Source: an uncultured Hyphomicrobiales bacterium
GTDB lineage: Bacteria > Pseudomonadota > Alphaproteobacteria > Rhodospirillales > CAYFNC01
NCBI GenBank assembly: GCA_964344345.1
Contig: CAYFNC010000012.1
Location: 12,716-76,715 of the forward strand
DNA length: 64,000 bases
Reading direction: 5' to 3'
Under the pieces are notes generated by a model that saw only the letters and a program-made list of their open reading frames with translations, was not told the DNA's origin and made no database searches. The position numbers and the translations under genes were made by a program. Below are positions 1-9,551 of this stretch, one piece after another (positions within the stretch are counted from its first letter, which is position 1; each line of letters opens with the position of its first letter).

Positions 1-1
1 C

Positions 2-1363
2 GAATACGAAATCCTGCTGGAGGACAGCCGCGAAAAAATCGTCGGCCGCGACGAAGCCAACGACATCTGCATCAAGTCGCGCAAGCTGTCGCGCCAGCAC
101 GCCCGCCTGTTCCCCGGCGTCGGCATGTGGGGAATCGAGGACCTGGGCAGCACCAACGGCGTCCACGTCAACAACCAAAGGGTCGAGAGCGCCTGGCTGA
201 AGCCGGGCGACGAGGTCGGGCTGGGCCCGATCCGCTTTAAATTCGACCTGGACCGCCCGGACATCGAGGCCGGGTCTGAAGAGGCGCCGCCGCCCCAGGC
301 CGACACCCTGGACGTGGCCGAGGCCACCATGGTCATCGGTTCGAGCGCGGCGAGTGAGGCGGTTCTGGAGGCCGTTCGCGAAGCCGACGCCGCCGCCGAG
401 GAAAAGGCGGCCCCGCAGCTTATTATCGAAGAGGCGACCAAGGAAAAACCCAAGGAGAAGCCGAAGGAGAAACCCAAGCCGAAGCCCAAGCCCGCCGCCG
501 CCCCGGCCGCCGCGCCCGCGCCGGAAGAGCGCGTGCGCCGCGCCGTTTCCATGCGCGACGCGGCGGAGGAGGAGACGGGCGGCATCGGGGCGTTCTTCAC
601 AGGCATGCTCCGGGGGCTCGGCGCCTTCGCCGCGCGGCACAAGTGGGTGGCGACGCTGGGCGTGATCGCGATCATCGGCGGGCTGGCGCTGACCGTCTAT
701 CTGCCGCACTACGAACGGCAGAAGGAAATCGAGGCCCTGATCCACCAGGGCAACCGCGCCGTCCGCAAGGTGATCGAGGACGGCCGCGAGAAAACCACCG
801 CCGAACGCTACGAAGCGTCCTACGAGAAGGAGCTGTCCAGGCTGAACCAGCTGTCCGCCAAGGCTTATCGTCTCTTGGACCGCAACCCCGGCAACCTGGA
901 GCTTTCCATGCTGGCGGCCAAGCTGACCTTCCTGGAGTTCGAGCGGGAGTTCGCCGGCCTGTTCACCCAGGGCGACCTGGACCTGGCCGAAAGGATCGCC
1001 TTCTCGGCCGAGGAGCGGCTGCGCGAAATCGTCGAACAACTGCCCATGGACGTTCTGGACGCCGACGTCGAGGAGGCCCTGACAGCGCTAGAGCTGGCCA
1101 AGTTCGGGACCGTGCTGACCCAGTTCCGCGCCTTCGTTATCGACCACCCCGAAATCAGCGTGGACGTCCAGACCCTGCCCGACAAGGACAGGATCACGGA
1201 CCTGATGGACCTGAAGCGCACGGCGGCGCGCTATCGCCGCACGCACAACCGGATCCTTTCGGTCAATTACGTGGTGTTCAAGAACATCGTCGACGACGTG
1301 GACGACCGGGACATCGGCCTTCTGAACGAATGGAAGGAATACCTGGACAAGCGGTCCCGGTAG
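2..1363 (+). CDS. FHA-domain membrane protein (5' end cut by the window edge)
   Basis: The frame of ORF 125..1363 stays open back to nt 2. The N-terminal part reads GRDEANDICIKSRKLSRQHARLF...WGIEDLGSTNGVHVNNQRV, which fits the FHA signature. It is followed by a KEKP/KPKP/AAAP low-complexity linker, one hydrophobic helix (WVATLGVIAIIGGLALTVYL) and a helical C-terminal domain of about 230 aa. Confidence 0.8.
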   Translation, partial: EYEILLEDSREKIVGRDEANDICIKSRKLSRQHARLFPGVGMWGIEDLGSTNGVHVNNQRVESAWLKPGDEVGLGPIRFKFDLDRPDIEAGSEEAPPPQADTLDVAEATMVIGSSAASEAVLEAVREADAAAEEKAAPQLIIEEATKEKPKEKPKEKPKPKPKPAAAPAAAPAPEERVRRAVSMRDAAEEETGGIGAFFTGMLRGLGAFAARHKWVATLGVIAIIGGLALTVYLPHYERQKEIEALIHQGNRAVRKVIEDGREKTTAERYEASYEKELSRLNQLSAKAYRLLDRNPGNLELSMLAAKLTFLEFEREFAGLFTQGDLDLAERIAFSAEERLREIVEQLPMDVLDADVEEALTALELAKFGTVLTQFRAFVIDHPEISVDVQTLPDKDRITDLMDLKRTAARYRRTHNRILSVNYVVFKNIVDDVDDRDIGLLNEWKEYLDKRSR

Positions 1364-1613
1364 CCTCTCGCTCCCCTTGACCTCGGGCTCGGATAAGCGC
1401 ACTTTATCGCCGTTCCGCAAGGAACGACCGATAGGGCGGAGCCGGCCCAAGCGCGAATCAATGCGCGAACCGGACGCCGGTCGGGAGGAAACGACGACGC
1501 CTTCGCATTTTCCAAGCGCTTGAAGCGGGCCGCGCGACGCCGCGACCGGGACGCGCGGACTGCGGGGCGGCGGGGACAAACCAGGAAGAATAATTCAGAA
1601 AGGGCGACGGACA

Positions 1614-3068
1614 ATGAGCGTGCTACCCGAATACATCGACGGCGTTCCGAACATCTGCGGTTCGGAGAAACTGATCGAAAAGGCCATCAAGGACGCCAAG
1701 AAACAGACGGTGTTCAAGCAAGACAGCCAATTCGATTTCGGGAGCATCCGCGCCACGTTCTGCAACGCGCTCCACATGCACCAGCCCCTGATCCCGACCC
1801 CGGGCGGCGACCTGACCCAGGCCGAGATCATCTCGAACCTGAAATACATGTGGGACAACCAGCACATCGGCGACAACTACAACGCCCCCGCGTTCCACTG
1901 GTGCTACAAGCGCATCGGCGAGTTCGTGCCTCAGATGGTGGACGAGGGCGTTCAGCCCCGCATCATGCTGGAATATTCCGGCACCCTGTTCCACGGCATG
2001 CGCCAGATGGGCCTGAACGACGTGTTCGACGTTCTCGGCAACGTCACCAACAATCCGAAATACCGCAACTGCGTCGAATGGCTGGGTTGCCCTTGGGGCC
2101 ACGCGGTGGCGCCGTCGACGCCGATGCAGGACTTCCGTCTGCACGTCAAGGCCTGGCAGCACCACTTCGCCGCCATCTTCGGAATCGAGGCCCTGACCCG
2201 GGTCAGAGGCTTCTCGCCGTCGGAAATGGCGCTGCCGAACCATCCGGACGTGGCCTATGAATACGTCAAGACCCTGGTGGACTGCGGTTACCAGTGGGTC
2301 CTGATCCAAGAGCATTCGGTCGAGAACCCCGAAAACGGCTGGGGCATCGAGGCCAAGCACCTGCCCCACCGCCTGGTCTGCCGCAACTCCAAGGGCAAGG
2401 AGGTCGAGATCATCGCCCTGATCAAGACCCAGGGATCGGACACAAAGCTGGTGGCCCAGATGCAGCCCTTCTACGAGGCCAAGAGCCTGGACCGGTGGGA
2501 GCTGGCGGGCAAGTCCGTGCCCCCCATCTGCACCCAGGTCGCCGACGGCGAGAACGGCGGCGTGATGATGAACGAGTTCCCGGGCAAGTTCTTCGAGGCG
2601 ATGCGCGAAGCGAACGGCTCCGACGTCCCGGCCATGAACGGCACGGAATATATCGAGCATCTGCTCGATATGGGCATCAAAATCAAGGACCTTCCGGCCT
2701 GTCAGCCCGTCCACCAGAAACGCATCTGGGACCGCTTCCAACCCGGCGACAAGAACCTGGACAAGGTGATCGAGGACCTGAAGGGCGAGGACCATCAGTT
2801 CCACATGGACGGCGGAAGCTGGACCAACGACATTTCGTGGGTCCAGGGTTACGACAACGTTCTCGACCCCATGGAGGAGGCGAGCTCCGCCTTCAACGAG
2901 AAGGTTCTGAAAAAGAAGCTGAAGACAGACGATCCCCGTTTCCGCGGCGCGCTGTACAACCTGATGATGTCCCAGACCAGCTGCTATCGTTACTGGGGCC
3001 AGGGCGAATGGACCGACTACGGCATGGAGATCTGTCGCCGCTCGCGGGAGATTTCCGACAGCGTGTGA
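1614..3068 (+). CDS. Glycoside hydrolase family 57 protein (alpha-glucan-active fold; specificity unknown)
   Basis: 484 aa. GH57 conserved regions are present: NALHMHQPL (HQP region), GFSPSEMALP (nucleophile-Glu region) and ADGENGGVMMNEF (acid/base-Asp region). A purine-rich SD (aaaggg) lies upstream of the ATG. Confidence 0.8.
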   Translation: MSVLPEYIDGVPNICGSEKLIEKAIKDAKKQTVFKQDSQFDFGSIRATFCNALHMHQPLIPTPGGDLTQAEIISNLKYMWDNQHIGDNYNAPAFHWCYKRIGEFVPQMVDEGVQPRIMLEYSGTLFHGMRQMGLNDVFDVLGNVTNNPKYRNCVEWLGCPWGHAVAPSTPMQDFRLHVKAWQHHFAAIFGIEALTRVRGFSPSEMALPNHPDVAYEYVKTLVDCGYQWVLIQEHSVENPENGWGIEAKHLPHRLVCRNSKGKEVEIIALIKTQGSDTKLVAQMQPFYEAKSLDRWELAGKSVPPICTQVADGENGGVMMNEFPGKFFEAMREANGSDVPAMNGTEYIEHLLDMGIKIKDLPACQPVHQKRIWDRFQPGDKNLDKVIEDLKGEDHQFHMDGGSWTNDISWVQGYDNVLDPMEEASSAFNEKVLKKKLKTDDPRFRGALYNLMMSQTSCYRYWGQGEWTDYGMEICRRSREISDSV

Positions 3069-3212
3069 TCGGGATAAGGTGCGGGGACGCTTTGGCGGAC
3101 GACGGGATCGCGCCAAGCGATCCCGAGGACTAGCGACCAAGGGGGAGCGCGGGCCGCGCGCCGCTTGAGCGCCACCCAGGGGCCGACAAGGCCCCTGGAA
3201 AAGGAGAGGGCC

Positions 3213-4400
3213 ATGGAAGACCATATCTATCACGCCACGGTGCTGAACCTGCACCAACCGCCGGGCAACATGGAGCACCTTCTGGAGCACCAGCCCTGGG
3301 AGGCGAAGGAGATTCTCTGGGCGCTCGACCGCATTCCCCGCTCGGTCTGGGGCAACGAGGACATCGCGCGCTTCACCCTGTCCCTTTCCGGCACGCTGCT
3401 CGAGGTCCTGTCCAATCCCGAGTTCCAGAGCCGGGTCTATGGCGTGGTCGATTGCGGCTCGTTGCTCTGGTACTTCCAGAACCAGCGCGCGTTCGAGATC
3501 GTCGGCACCGGCTACTACCACCCGGTCCTGCCCCTGATCCCCAAGGCGGATCGCGAGGAGCATCTGAAGCGCTGGCAGGACATCGCCGGACACGTGTTCT
3601 GGCGCAAGGATTACCAGGGCCTGTGGCCGCCCGAGATGAGCTTCTCCATGGAGCTGATCCCGCTGGCCAAGCGCATGGGGTACCGCTGGGTGCTGGTGGA
3701 CGTGGAGAACCTGGAGCCCGTGGACGAGATGTCCTGGGGCGAGCTGCGCTACCGCCCGCACTTCGCGCGCTACGGCGGCGAGGAGATCATCGTCGTCGCC
3801 CGAGACCGCAGCCTGTCCGACGCCCAGGAAGGCGGCATGGAGTTCGGCTGGTTCGAGCACGAGGCCCACGAGCGCACCAAGCACTGCGACTTCACGCCCC
3901 TGATCACCACGTGCTCGGACGGCGAAAACGGCGGCTGGTTCCGCAACGTCAACGCCAAGGGCAACTTCTGGGGTGTCTACTTCGACGAAATGGTCAACAA
4001 GATCCGAAACAACTGGACCAAGATCCGCCCAAGCTTCATCAACGACTACATCGACCGTTTCGGGGCCTACGGCGAGGTCAAGATCATCGAGGGCGCCTGG
4101 AACACCGGCTGGCACGACGGCAAGGGCTTCGTGCAGTGGACGGGGTCCCAGGCCCAGAAGGACGCCTTCAACCGCACCCAGGCGGTCAGCGACTCCCTGC
4201 ACGAGGCCCGCGCCAAGATGCAACGGGAAAACCTGCAGAACCCGGAGCTGGAGCACCAGATCGGCGAGGCCTTCTGGCGGCTGATGCGGGCCGAGACGTC
4301 GTGCAACTTCTATTGGGGCGAGGCCTGGGTCCACAAGTGCCACCAGGACCTGGACGCCGCCAGCCAGCACCTGGACAGGATTTACGAAATCCTGGGATAG
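3213..4400 (+). CDS. Glycoside hydrolase family 57 protein, shorter paralog
   Basis: I prefer the start at ATG 3213 because of the SD aaggagag just upstream; the track ORF starts at TTG 3165. Motifs: [29 protein letters not shown] and [10 protein letters not shown]. Confidence 0.8.
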   Translation: MEDHIYHATVLNLHQPPGNMEHLLEHQPWEAKEILWALDRIPRSVWGNEDIARFTLSLSGTLLEVLSNPEFQSRVYGVVDCGSLLWYFQNQRAFEIVGTGYYHPVLPLIPKADREEHLKRWQDIAGHVFWRKDYQGLWPPEMSFSMELIPLAKRMGYRWVLVDVENLEPVDEMSWGELRYRPHFARYGGEEIIVVARDRSLSDAQEGGMEFGWFEHEAHERTKHCDFTPLITTCSDGENGGWFRNVNAKGNFWGVYFDEMVNKIRNNWTKIRPSFINDYIDRFGAYGEVKIIEGAWNTGWHDGKGFVQWTGSQAQKDAFNRTQAVSDSLHEARAKMQRENLQNPELEHQIGEAFWRLMRAETSCNFYWGEAWVHKCHQDLDAASQHLDRIYEILG

Positions 4401-4407
4401 GGGGCCG

Positions 4408-4998
4408 ATGACGACGTCGCTCGACCACCTGATCCAGCTTCTCGGCCGCCTGCCCGGGCTTGGCCCCCGCTCGGCCCGCCGCGCGGCGCTTCATCTGATC
4501 AAGCGGCGCGAGGCCCTGCTCGTTCCCCTGGCCCAGGCGCTGGAGGACGCGGCCGCGAACGTGCGCCCGTGCTCGGTCTGCGGCAACCTGGACGCGGCCG
4601 ATCCTTGCGGAGTGTGCGCCGACCCCCGCCGGGACGATTCGCTGATTTGCGTGGTCGAGGACGTGGGCGATTTGTGGGCGTTGGAGCGCGCGGGCGCGTT
4701 CAAGGGGCGCTATCACGTGCTGGGCGGGACCCTGTCCGCGCTCGACGGCGTCGGGCCGGAAGACCTGAATATCGCGGGCCTCGTCGCCCGCGCCGCCCAA
4801 AACCAAGTGGCGGAAGTCATCCTCGCGACCAACGCAACAGTGGAAGGACAAACCACGGCGCATTATATTTCGGATAGGCTTTCGGATTGCGGCGTCAGAA
4901 TATCCGGTCTCGCCCACGGCGTGCCGGTCGGGGGCGAACTGGATTACCTGGATGACGGGACGCTGGGCCAGGCCTTGAAGGCGCGCCGGCCGTTGTGA
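4408..4998 (+). CDS. recR: Recombination protein RecR
   Basis: 196 aa. It has an N-terminal HhH ([16 protein letters not shown]), a C4 zinc finger (CSVCGNL...CGVCAD) and a Toprim-like region ([14 protein letters not shown]). The start is 8 nt after the GH57 stop. Confidence 0.95.
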   Translation: MTTSLDHLIQLLGRLPGLGPRSARRAALHLIKRREALLVPLAQALEDAAANVRPCSVCGNLDAADPCGVCADPRRDDSLICVVEDVGDLWALERAGAFKGRYHVLGGTLSALDGVGPEDLNIAGLVARAAQNQVAEVILATNATVEGQTTAHYISDRLSDCGVRISGLAHGVPVGGELDYLDDGTLGQALKARRPL

Positions 4999-5036
4999 CG
5001 GGGCGCTTGCGTAACGTGGGATAGGGACGGTGAACG

Positions 5037-5537
5037 ATGAAAACCCTCCTTGTTGTCGCGCTCTCGGCGATCCTCGCCGCTCCGGCCTGGGCGGGCGACC
5101 TCGGCTCCAGCATCTCGAAAATGCGAGGCGGCGGCGGGCCCAAGGTGAAGTCCGAGGTTCCGGTGGTCAACCTGCCGCCGATCAGCGTGCCGTTGAAGAA
5201 CAGTTCGAAACACGTCTACATCACCTTGTTCGCCTTCGCGAAAAACGACGAGGACCTGTGGAAGCTCTGCACCTACGAGCCCCGGGTCCGCGACACCTTC
5301 TTCACCTATTTCTACAAGAATCGGCTCCGGCGCGCGCCGTCTGGCCAGCTCGACGTCTACGCCGCCGAGAAGCTTCTGAAGGATCGGCTGAACCGGGCCA
5401 TGGGCAAGAAACTGGTCACCCAGATCGTGGTGGCCGAGGGCGAGTACGGCACCCGCTACGCCCCCGAGGAGCCGCCTCCGGTCCTGGGCGCTGAAAAATG
5501 CAGCCGCTTGTCGTTCAAGGCGAAGAAGCTCCAGTAA
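5037..5537 (+). CDS. Hypothetical exported protein
   Basis: 166 aa with a signal peptide (MKTLLVVALSAILAAPAWAGD). I recognised no family. The codon usage looks coding. Confidence 0.6.
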   Translation: MKTLLVVALSAILAAPAWAGDLGSSISKMRGGGGPKVKSEVPVVNLPPISVPLKNSSKHVYITLFAFAKNDEDLWKLCTYEPRVRDTFFTYFYKNRLRRAPSGQLDVYAAEKLLKDRLNRAMGKKLVTQIVVAEGEYGTRYAPEEPPPVLGAEKCSRLSFKAKKLQ

Positions 5538-5815
5538 TGGCCGATCGCACCCTGGCGGAGACCACCCGCGACCTCGTCAAGGCGACCAAGGCCTTGGAAG
5601 AGCCCGGCGCGGGCCACATGGGCACGCTGGAATGCCGGGTCGATGGGCTCAGAACCAAGGCGCTCTCCACCCCCGCGCGCGACTTGGCGGACCTTCGGGC
5701 CCGGTTGGAGCTGATGCGCGACGCCATCGCGGGGCTGGGGCCCAGGGGGTATCTCCTCAATCTCGCGGACGCGGCGGTGGAGGACGTGAAAAGGCTGCTC
5801 GCGCAAGAGGAATAA
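5537..5815 (+). CDS. Hypothetical protein, translationally coupled to the upstream ORF
   Basis: ATG 5537 overlaps the upstream TAA (TAATG). 92 aa, helical and Ala/Leu/Arg-rich, no recognised family. The track ORF begins earlier, at 5498. Confidence 0.45.
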   Translation: MADRTLAETTRDLVKATKALEEPGAGHMGTLECRVDGLRTKALSTPARDLADLRARLELMRDAIAGLGPRGYLLNLADAAVEDVKRLLAQEE

Positions 5816-5892
5816 ACGCCGCGTCGATTTTCAAGCCCGCCGAAACGGGACATGAAACGCCACGATCCGTCTTGAAGCGTTCCGGGGCCCCG

Positions 5893-6357
5893 TTACGCCG
5901 CCCTGGTCGCCGCCGATTCCGTCAGAAGCGCGAACAGCGCCTCGGGCGCGTCGGTGCCGCGGAGCTTTTCGCAGACGTCCTTGTCGCGGAGCAGGCGCGA
6001 GACCTGGGCCAGCGCCTTCAGGTGGTCGGCGCCGGCGGTTTCCGGGGCCAGGAGCAGGAAGATCAGGTCCACCGGCTCGTCGTCGATGGAATCGAAGTCC
6101 ACGGCGCGCTCCAGCCTGGCGAACACCCCGTAGAGCCGGTCGATTTCCGCCAGCTTGCCGTGCGGGATGGCGATGCCGTTGCCGACGCCGGTGGTGCCCA
6201 GTTTCTCGCGCTCCATCAGCACGTCGAAGATGGCGCGCTCGGTCAGGCCGGTGATGTCGGCGGCGCGTCGCGCGAGGTCCTGCAACGCCTGCTTTTTGCT
6301 GGTGGCGCGAAGAGACGCGACCACGCCGTCCACGGTGAGGAGATCGGAGATTTCCAT
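5893..6357 (-). CDS. ptsN: PTS IIA-like nitrogen regulatory protein PtsN (EIIA-Ntr)
   Basis: 154 aa. The motif GTTGVGNGIAIPHGKL contains the phosphorylatable His. The position downstream of rpoN-hpf matches the conserved locus. Confidence 0.92.
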   Translation of the reverse strand: MEISDLLTVDGVVASLRATSKKQALQDLARRAADITGLTERAIFDVLMEREKLGTTGVGNGIAIPHGKLAEIDRLYGVFARLERAVDFDSIDDEPVDLIFLLLAPETAGADHLKALAQVSRLLRDKDVCEKLRGTDAPEALFALLTESAATRAA

Positions 6358-6395
6358 GACCGTTCCCTAATGCTTCGACCGGGCTCCGGCGACGC

Positions 6396-6974
6396 CTAGT
6401 TGGCGTCGCTGGGGTCGATCCACCCGATGTTGCCGTCGGCGCGGCGATAGACCACGTTCAGGCCGCCGTGGGCGCTGTTGCGGAACATCATTACCGGCGT
6501 GTTCGCCAAGTCCATGCGCATCACCGCCTCGCTGACCGAAAGCGTGGAGATGCCGTGGGGCATCTCCGCCACGATGGCCGGATTGTCGCCGATGGCGCCG
6601 CCGTCGTCGGCCTCTTCCCCCTCGGGGGCGAGGATGGAGTACTGCGCGGGCAGCACCTCCTCGTTCTCGCCGCGGGATTTGTGGTGGTCGCGGATGCGGC
6701 TCTTGTACTTGCGAAGCTGCTTGGTGATGCGGTCCAACGCGCCGTCGAAGGCGGCGTAGGCGTCGTCCGCCGAGCCCTGCCCCTGCACCACCAGCCCGCG
6801 CCACGGATGGACCGAGATGTCCACGCGGAACGAGTGGGAGACGCGGGAATAGACGACCTTGGCGTCCAAGGCCTTCTCGAAGTACTTGGTGACCGTCGTG
6901 TTGAGATTTTCCTCGACATGGCCGCGCAACGCGTCGCCGACGTCGAGGTTCTTGCCCTTGATCGAAATTTCCAT
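6396..6974 (-). CDS. hpf: Ribosome hibernation promoting factor, long form
   Basis: 192 aa. It starts MEISIKGKNLDVGDALRGHVEENL, the RaiA/HPF N-domain, and has a C-terminal dimerisation domain. It lies immediately downstream of rpoN. Confidence 0.92.
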   Translation of the reverse strand: MEISIKGKNLDVGDALRGHVEENLNTTVTKYFEKALDAKVVYSRVSHSFRVDISVHPWRGLVVQGQGSADDAYAAFDGALDRITKQLRKYKSRIRDHHKSRGENEEVLPAQYSILAPEGEEADDGGAIGDNPAIVAEMPHGISTLSVSEAVMRMDLANTPVMMFRNSAHGGLNVVYRRADGNIGWIDPSDAN

Positions 6975-7093
6975 TTTAAGGCTGTCCTGCCAAGACTTGG
7001 AGACAGAAGTCAGTCCGACGACACGCGCCGGATAACGAGACCGAAGGAGAGCTTGAAAGTCGAAACCGCCCCCCTCGGCGGATGAAGGCGCAG

Positions 7094-7122
7094 ACCATAA
7101 TTCGACGCCTTCGAGGAGTCAA
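7094..7122 (-). promoter_or_regulatory. Candidate sigma-70-type promoter for hpf
   Basis: On the minus strand: TTGACT, 17-nt spacer, TATGGT. It lies in the AT-richer rpoN-hpf spacer, about 120 nt upstream of the hpf ATG. Confidence 0.3.
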
Positions 7123-7146
7123 TATTGTGACATATTTTATACAAAA

Positions 7147-8658
7147 TCACAAGCTTACGCCTTTCTCGCGGCGGCGCTGAACGGACGACGGAATCCCCAT
7201 GGCTTCGCGGTACTTGGCCACGGTCCGGCGCGCGATATCGACGCCGTCGCCTTTCAGGACGGCCACGATCTTGTCGTCGGACAGCACGGTTTTCGCGGTC
7301 TCCTCGTCGATCATGGCCTTGATGCGCTGGCGGATGGATTCCGCCGAATGGGCTTCGCCGCCGTCGGTGCTGGCGATGGCGGTGGTGAAAAAGTACTTCA
7401 TCTCGAAAATGCCCCTGGGGGAGGCGATGTACTTGTTGGACGTCACCCGGCTGACGGTGCTTTCGTGCATCTCGATCACCTCGGCGATGTCGCGGAGCAC
7501 CAGGGGCTTCAAATGCTGCACCCCCCTGGCGAAGAAGGCGTCCTGCTGGCGCACCAATTCGGCCGCCACCTTCAGAATGGTGTTGGCCCGCTGGTCAAGG
7601 GACTTCACCAGCCAGTTGGCGGACTGCAGCCTCTCGGCCAAGTACTGCTTGTCCTCTTTCTTCAGGGGCTGTTCGCTGACCTCGGCGAAGTAGTGGTTGT
7701 TGACCAGCACACGGGGCAGGGTGTCGTTGTTCAGCTCCACCAGCCAGCCCCCCGCCGGATTGGGCCGCATGATCACGTCCGGGGTCACCGGCTGGGCGAT
7801 GGAGTGGTCGAAGGCGAGCGCGGGCTTGGGGTCGAGGGCGCGGATCTCGGCGACCATGTCCACCAGGTCCTCGTCGTCCACGCCGCAGACCTTTTTCAGC
7901 TTGGCCACGTCGCGCTTGGCGAGAAGATCCAGGTTCTCCAGAAGCGCCTGCATGGCCGGGTCGAGCCGGTCGCGGTCGCGAAGCTGCAGCGCCAGGCATT
8001 CGGCGAGGTCGCGGGCGAAGATTCCCGGCGGGTCGAAATGCTGGACGCGCAGGAGCGCGCGCTCCACCCGCGGGGGATCGCATTCCAGCATCGCGGCCAC
8101 GCCTTCCAGCGAGCCGACCACGTATCCGGATTCGTCGAGCATGTCGATCAGGTGCAGCCCGATCACGCGATCGACGGGGTCGTCGATCTCCATGGACAGC
8201 TGGGCGGCCAGGTGGTCGCGCAACGTGACGTCGCCGGACAGGGTCTGCTCCAGGTTGGGGCCGTCCTCGTCGAACCCCCCTCCGCCGCCGCTTCGCGACC
8301 GCCAGTCGGCGAAGGCGGGGTCGGACAGGCCCGCGTTGTCGGACGGGCTGTCGTTGTTCCAGACGTTGTCGTAGTCCATGTCCAGGGTGGAGTTGTCCGC
8401 GCCGCCCGGGTCGTCGGCGGCGGGAATTTCGGCGGGCTCGGCGGTCGCGGGCGTTTCATCCGGGGCGGCGTCGGCCGGGGACTCGGAAAAGTCGTCGCCT
8501 TCGCCCCGCTCCAGAAGCGGGTTCTGCTCCAGCTCCTGCTCGACGTATTCGGTAAGCTCCACGTTGTTGAGCTGCAGAAGCTTGATCGCTTGCTGCAACT
8601 GCGGCGTCATCACCAGAGTCTGGCTCTGGCGGAGGTCCAATCTCGGTGAGAGCGCCAT
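7147..8658 (-). CDS. rpoN: RNA polymerase sigma-54 factor
   Basis: 503 aa. The N-terminus reads LRQSQTLVMTPQLQQAIKLLQL. It has an acidic linker and a C-terminal HTH with RpoN-box-like ARRTVAKYRE. Confidence 0.97.
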   Translation of the reverse strand: MALSPRLDLRQSQTLVMTPQLQQAIKLLQLNNVELTEYVEQELEQNPLLERGEGDDFSESPADAAPDETPATAEPAEIPAADDPGGADNSTLDMDYDNVWNNDSPSDNAGLSDPAFADWRSRSGGGGGFDEDGPNLEQTLSGDVTLRDHLAAQLSMEIDDPVDRVIGLHLIDMLDESGYVVGSLEGVAAMLECDPPRVERALLRVQHFDPPGIFARDLAECLALQLRDRDRLDPAMQALLENLDLLAKRDVAKLKKVCGVDDEDLVDMVAEIRALDPKPALAFDHSIAQPVTPDVIMRPNPAGGWLVELNNDTLPRVLVNNHYFAEVSEQPLKKEDKQYLAERLQSANWLVKSLDQRANTILKVAAELVRQQDAFFARGVQHLKPLVLRDIAEVIEMHESTVSRVTSNKYIASPRGIFEMKYFFTTAIASTDGGEAHSAESIRQRIKAMIDEETAKTVLSDDKIVAVLKGDGVDIARRTVAKYREAMGIPSSVQRRREKGVSL

Positions 8659-8668
8659 GGGATTTCGC

Positions 8669-9478
8669 CTAGAGGCTGAAGCGGTCGCCCAAGTAGACCC
8701 TGCGGACCTCTTCGTTGCCGACGATGTCGTCGGGCGAGCCCTCCATCATCACCATGCCGTCATGGATGATGTAGGCGCGGTCGATGACATCCAGGGTTTC
8801 CCGAACGTTGTGGTCGGTGATCAGGACCCCGATGCCGCGGTCCTTGAGATGGGACACCAGATCCCGGATGTCGCCGACGGCGATGGGGTCGATGCCGGCG
8901 AAGGGTTCGTCCAGCAGGATGAAATGAGGGTTGGACGCCAGCGCGCGGGCGATCTCGACCCGCCTGCGCTCGCCGCCCGAAAGCGCCAGCGCCGGGGTGT
9001 GGCGAAGGTGGGTGATGGAGAACTCGGCCAGCAGAGCCTCCAGGATGGCGCGGCGGCGCTCCCGCGATTTCTCGATCACCTCCAGAACCGCGCGGATGTT
9101 CCGCTCCACGCTGAGGCCTCGGAAGATCGACGCTTCCTGCGGCAGGTAGCCGACGCCCAGCCGGGCGCGGCGGTACATGGGCAGGTCGGTGATGTCGCGG
9201 CCGTCCAGCGTGACCTGGCCGTAATCGGGCTGCAGAAGGCCGGTGATCATGTAGAAGCAGGTGGTCTTGCCGGCGCCGTTGGGGCCCAGAAGGCCCACGA
9301 CCTCGCCCCGTTGGATCGACATCGACGCGCCGCGAACCACGGGGCGCTTCTTGAAGCGCTTGCCCAGGTTGGTGGCGATCAGGCCGGGATTGTCCGCAAC
9401 CAAGCGCGGCCCAGAGGCGTCGCCGTCGATCGAGGCGTCGTCCGCGTCACCGGGCAACTGTGTGACGTTATCTGTCAT
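8669..9478 (-). CDS. lptB: LPS export ABC transporter ATP-binding protein LptB
   Basis: Walker [10 protein letters not shown], signature LSGGERRR and Walker B ILLDEP. The position between lptA and rpoN supports the call. It carries an N-terminal extension of about 30 aa. Confidence 0.92.
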   Translation of the reverse strand: MTDNVTQLPGDADDASIDGDASGPRLVADNPGLIATNLGKRFKKRPVVRGASMSIQRGEVVGLLGPNGAGKTTCFYMITGLLQPDYGQVTLDGRDITDLPMYRRARLGVGYLPQEASIFRGLSVERNIRAVLEVIEKSRERRRAILEALLAEFSITHLRHTPALALSGGERRRVEIARALASNPHFILLDEPFAGIDPIAVGDIRDLVSHLKDRGIGVLITDHNVRETLDVIDRAYIIHDGMVMMEGSPDDIVGNEEVRRVYLGDRFSL

Positions 9479-9551
9479 AAACCGCTACTTTCCCATCCCT
9501 CGAAAACAGAGCGTTAAGGCGCTTTCGTTGCGGAGCCTAGGCCCATCTGCC

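Noticed and set aside
354-1380. Alternative-frame ORFs 354..665 and 643..1380, and the many Arg/Pro/Gly-rich ORFs of this kind listed throughout the track
   Set aside because: Their composition (runs of R, P, G, A) and complete overlap with motif-bearing frames mark them as GC-driven artefacts.
1623-4370. 915-aa ORF on the minus strand spanning both GH57 genes
   Set aside because: It is an antisense shadow ORF. The translation is Gly/Ala/Val/Arg/Leu-rich with no recognisable motifs, whereas the plus-strand frames carry clear GH57 signatures. Stop-poor antisense frames are typical of high-GC DNA.
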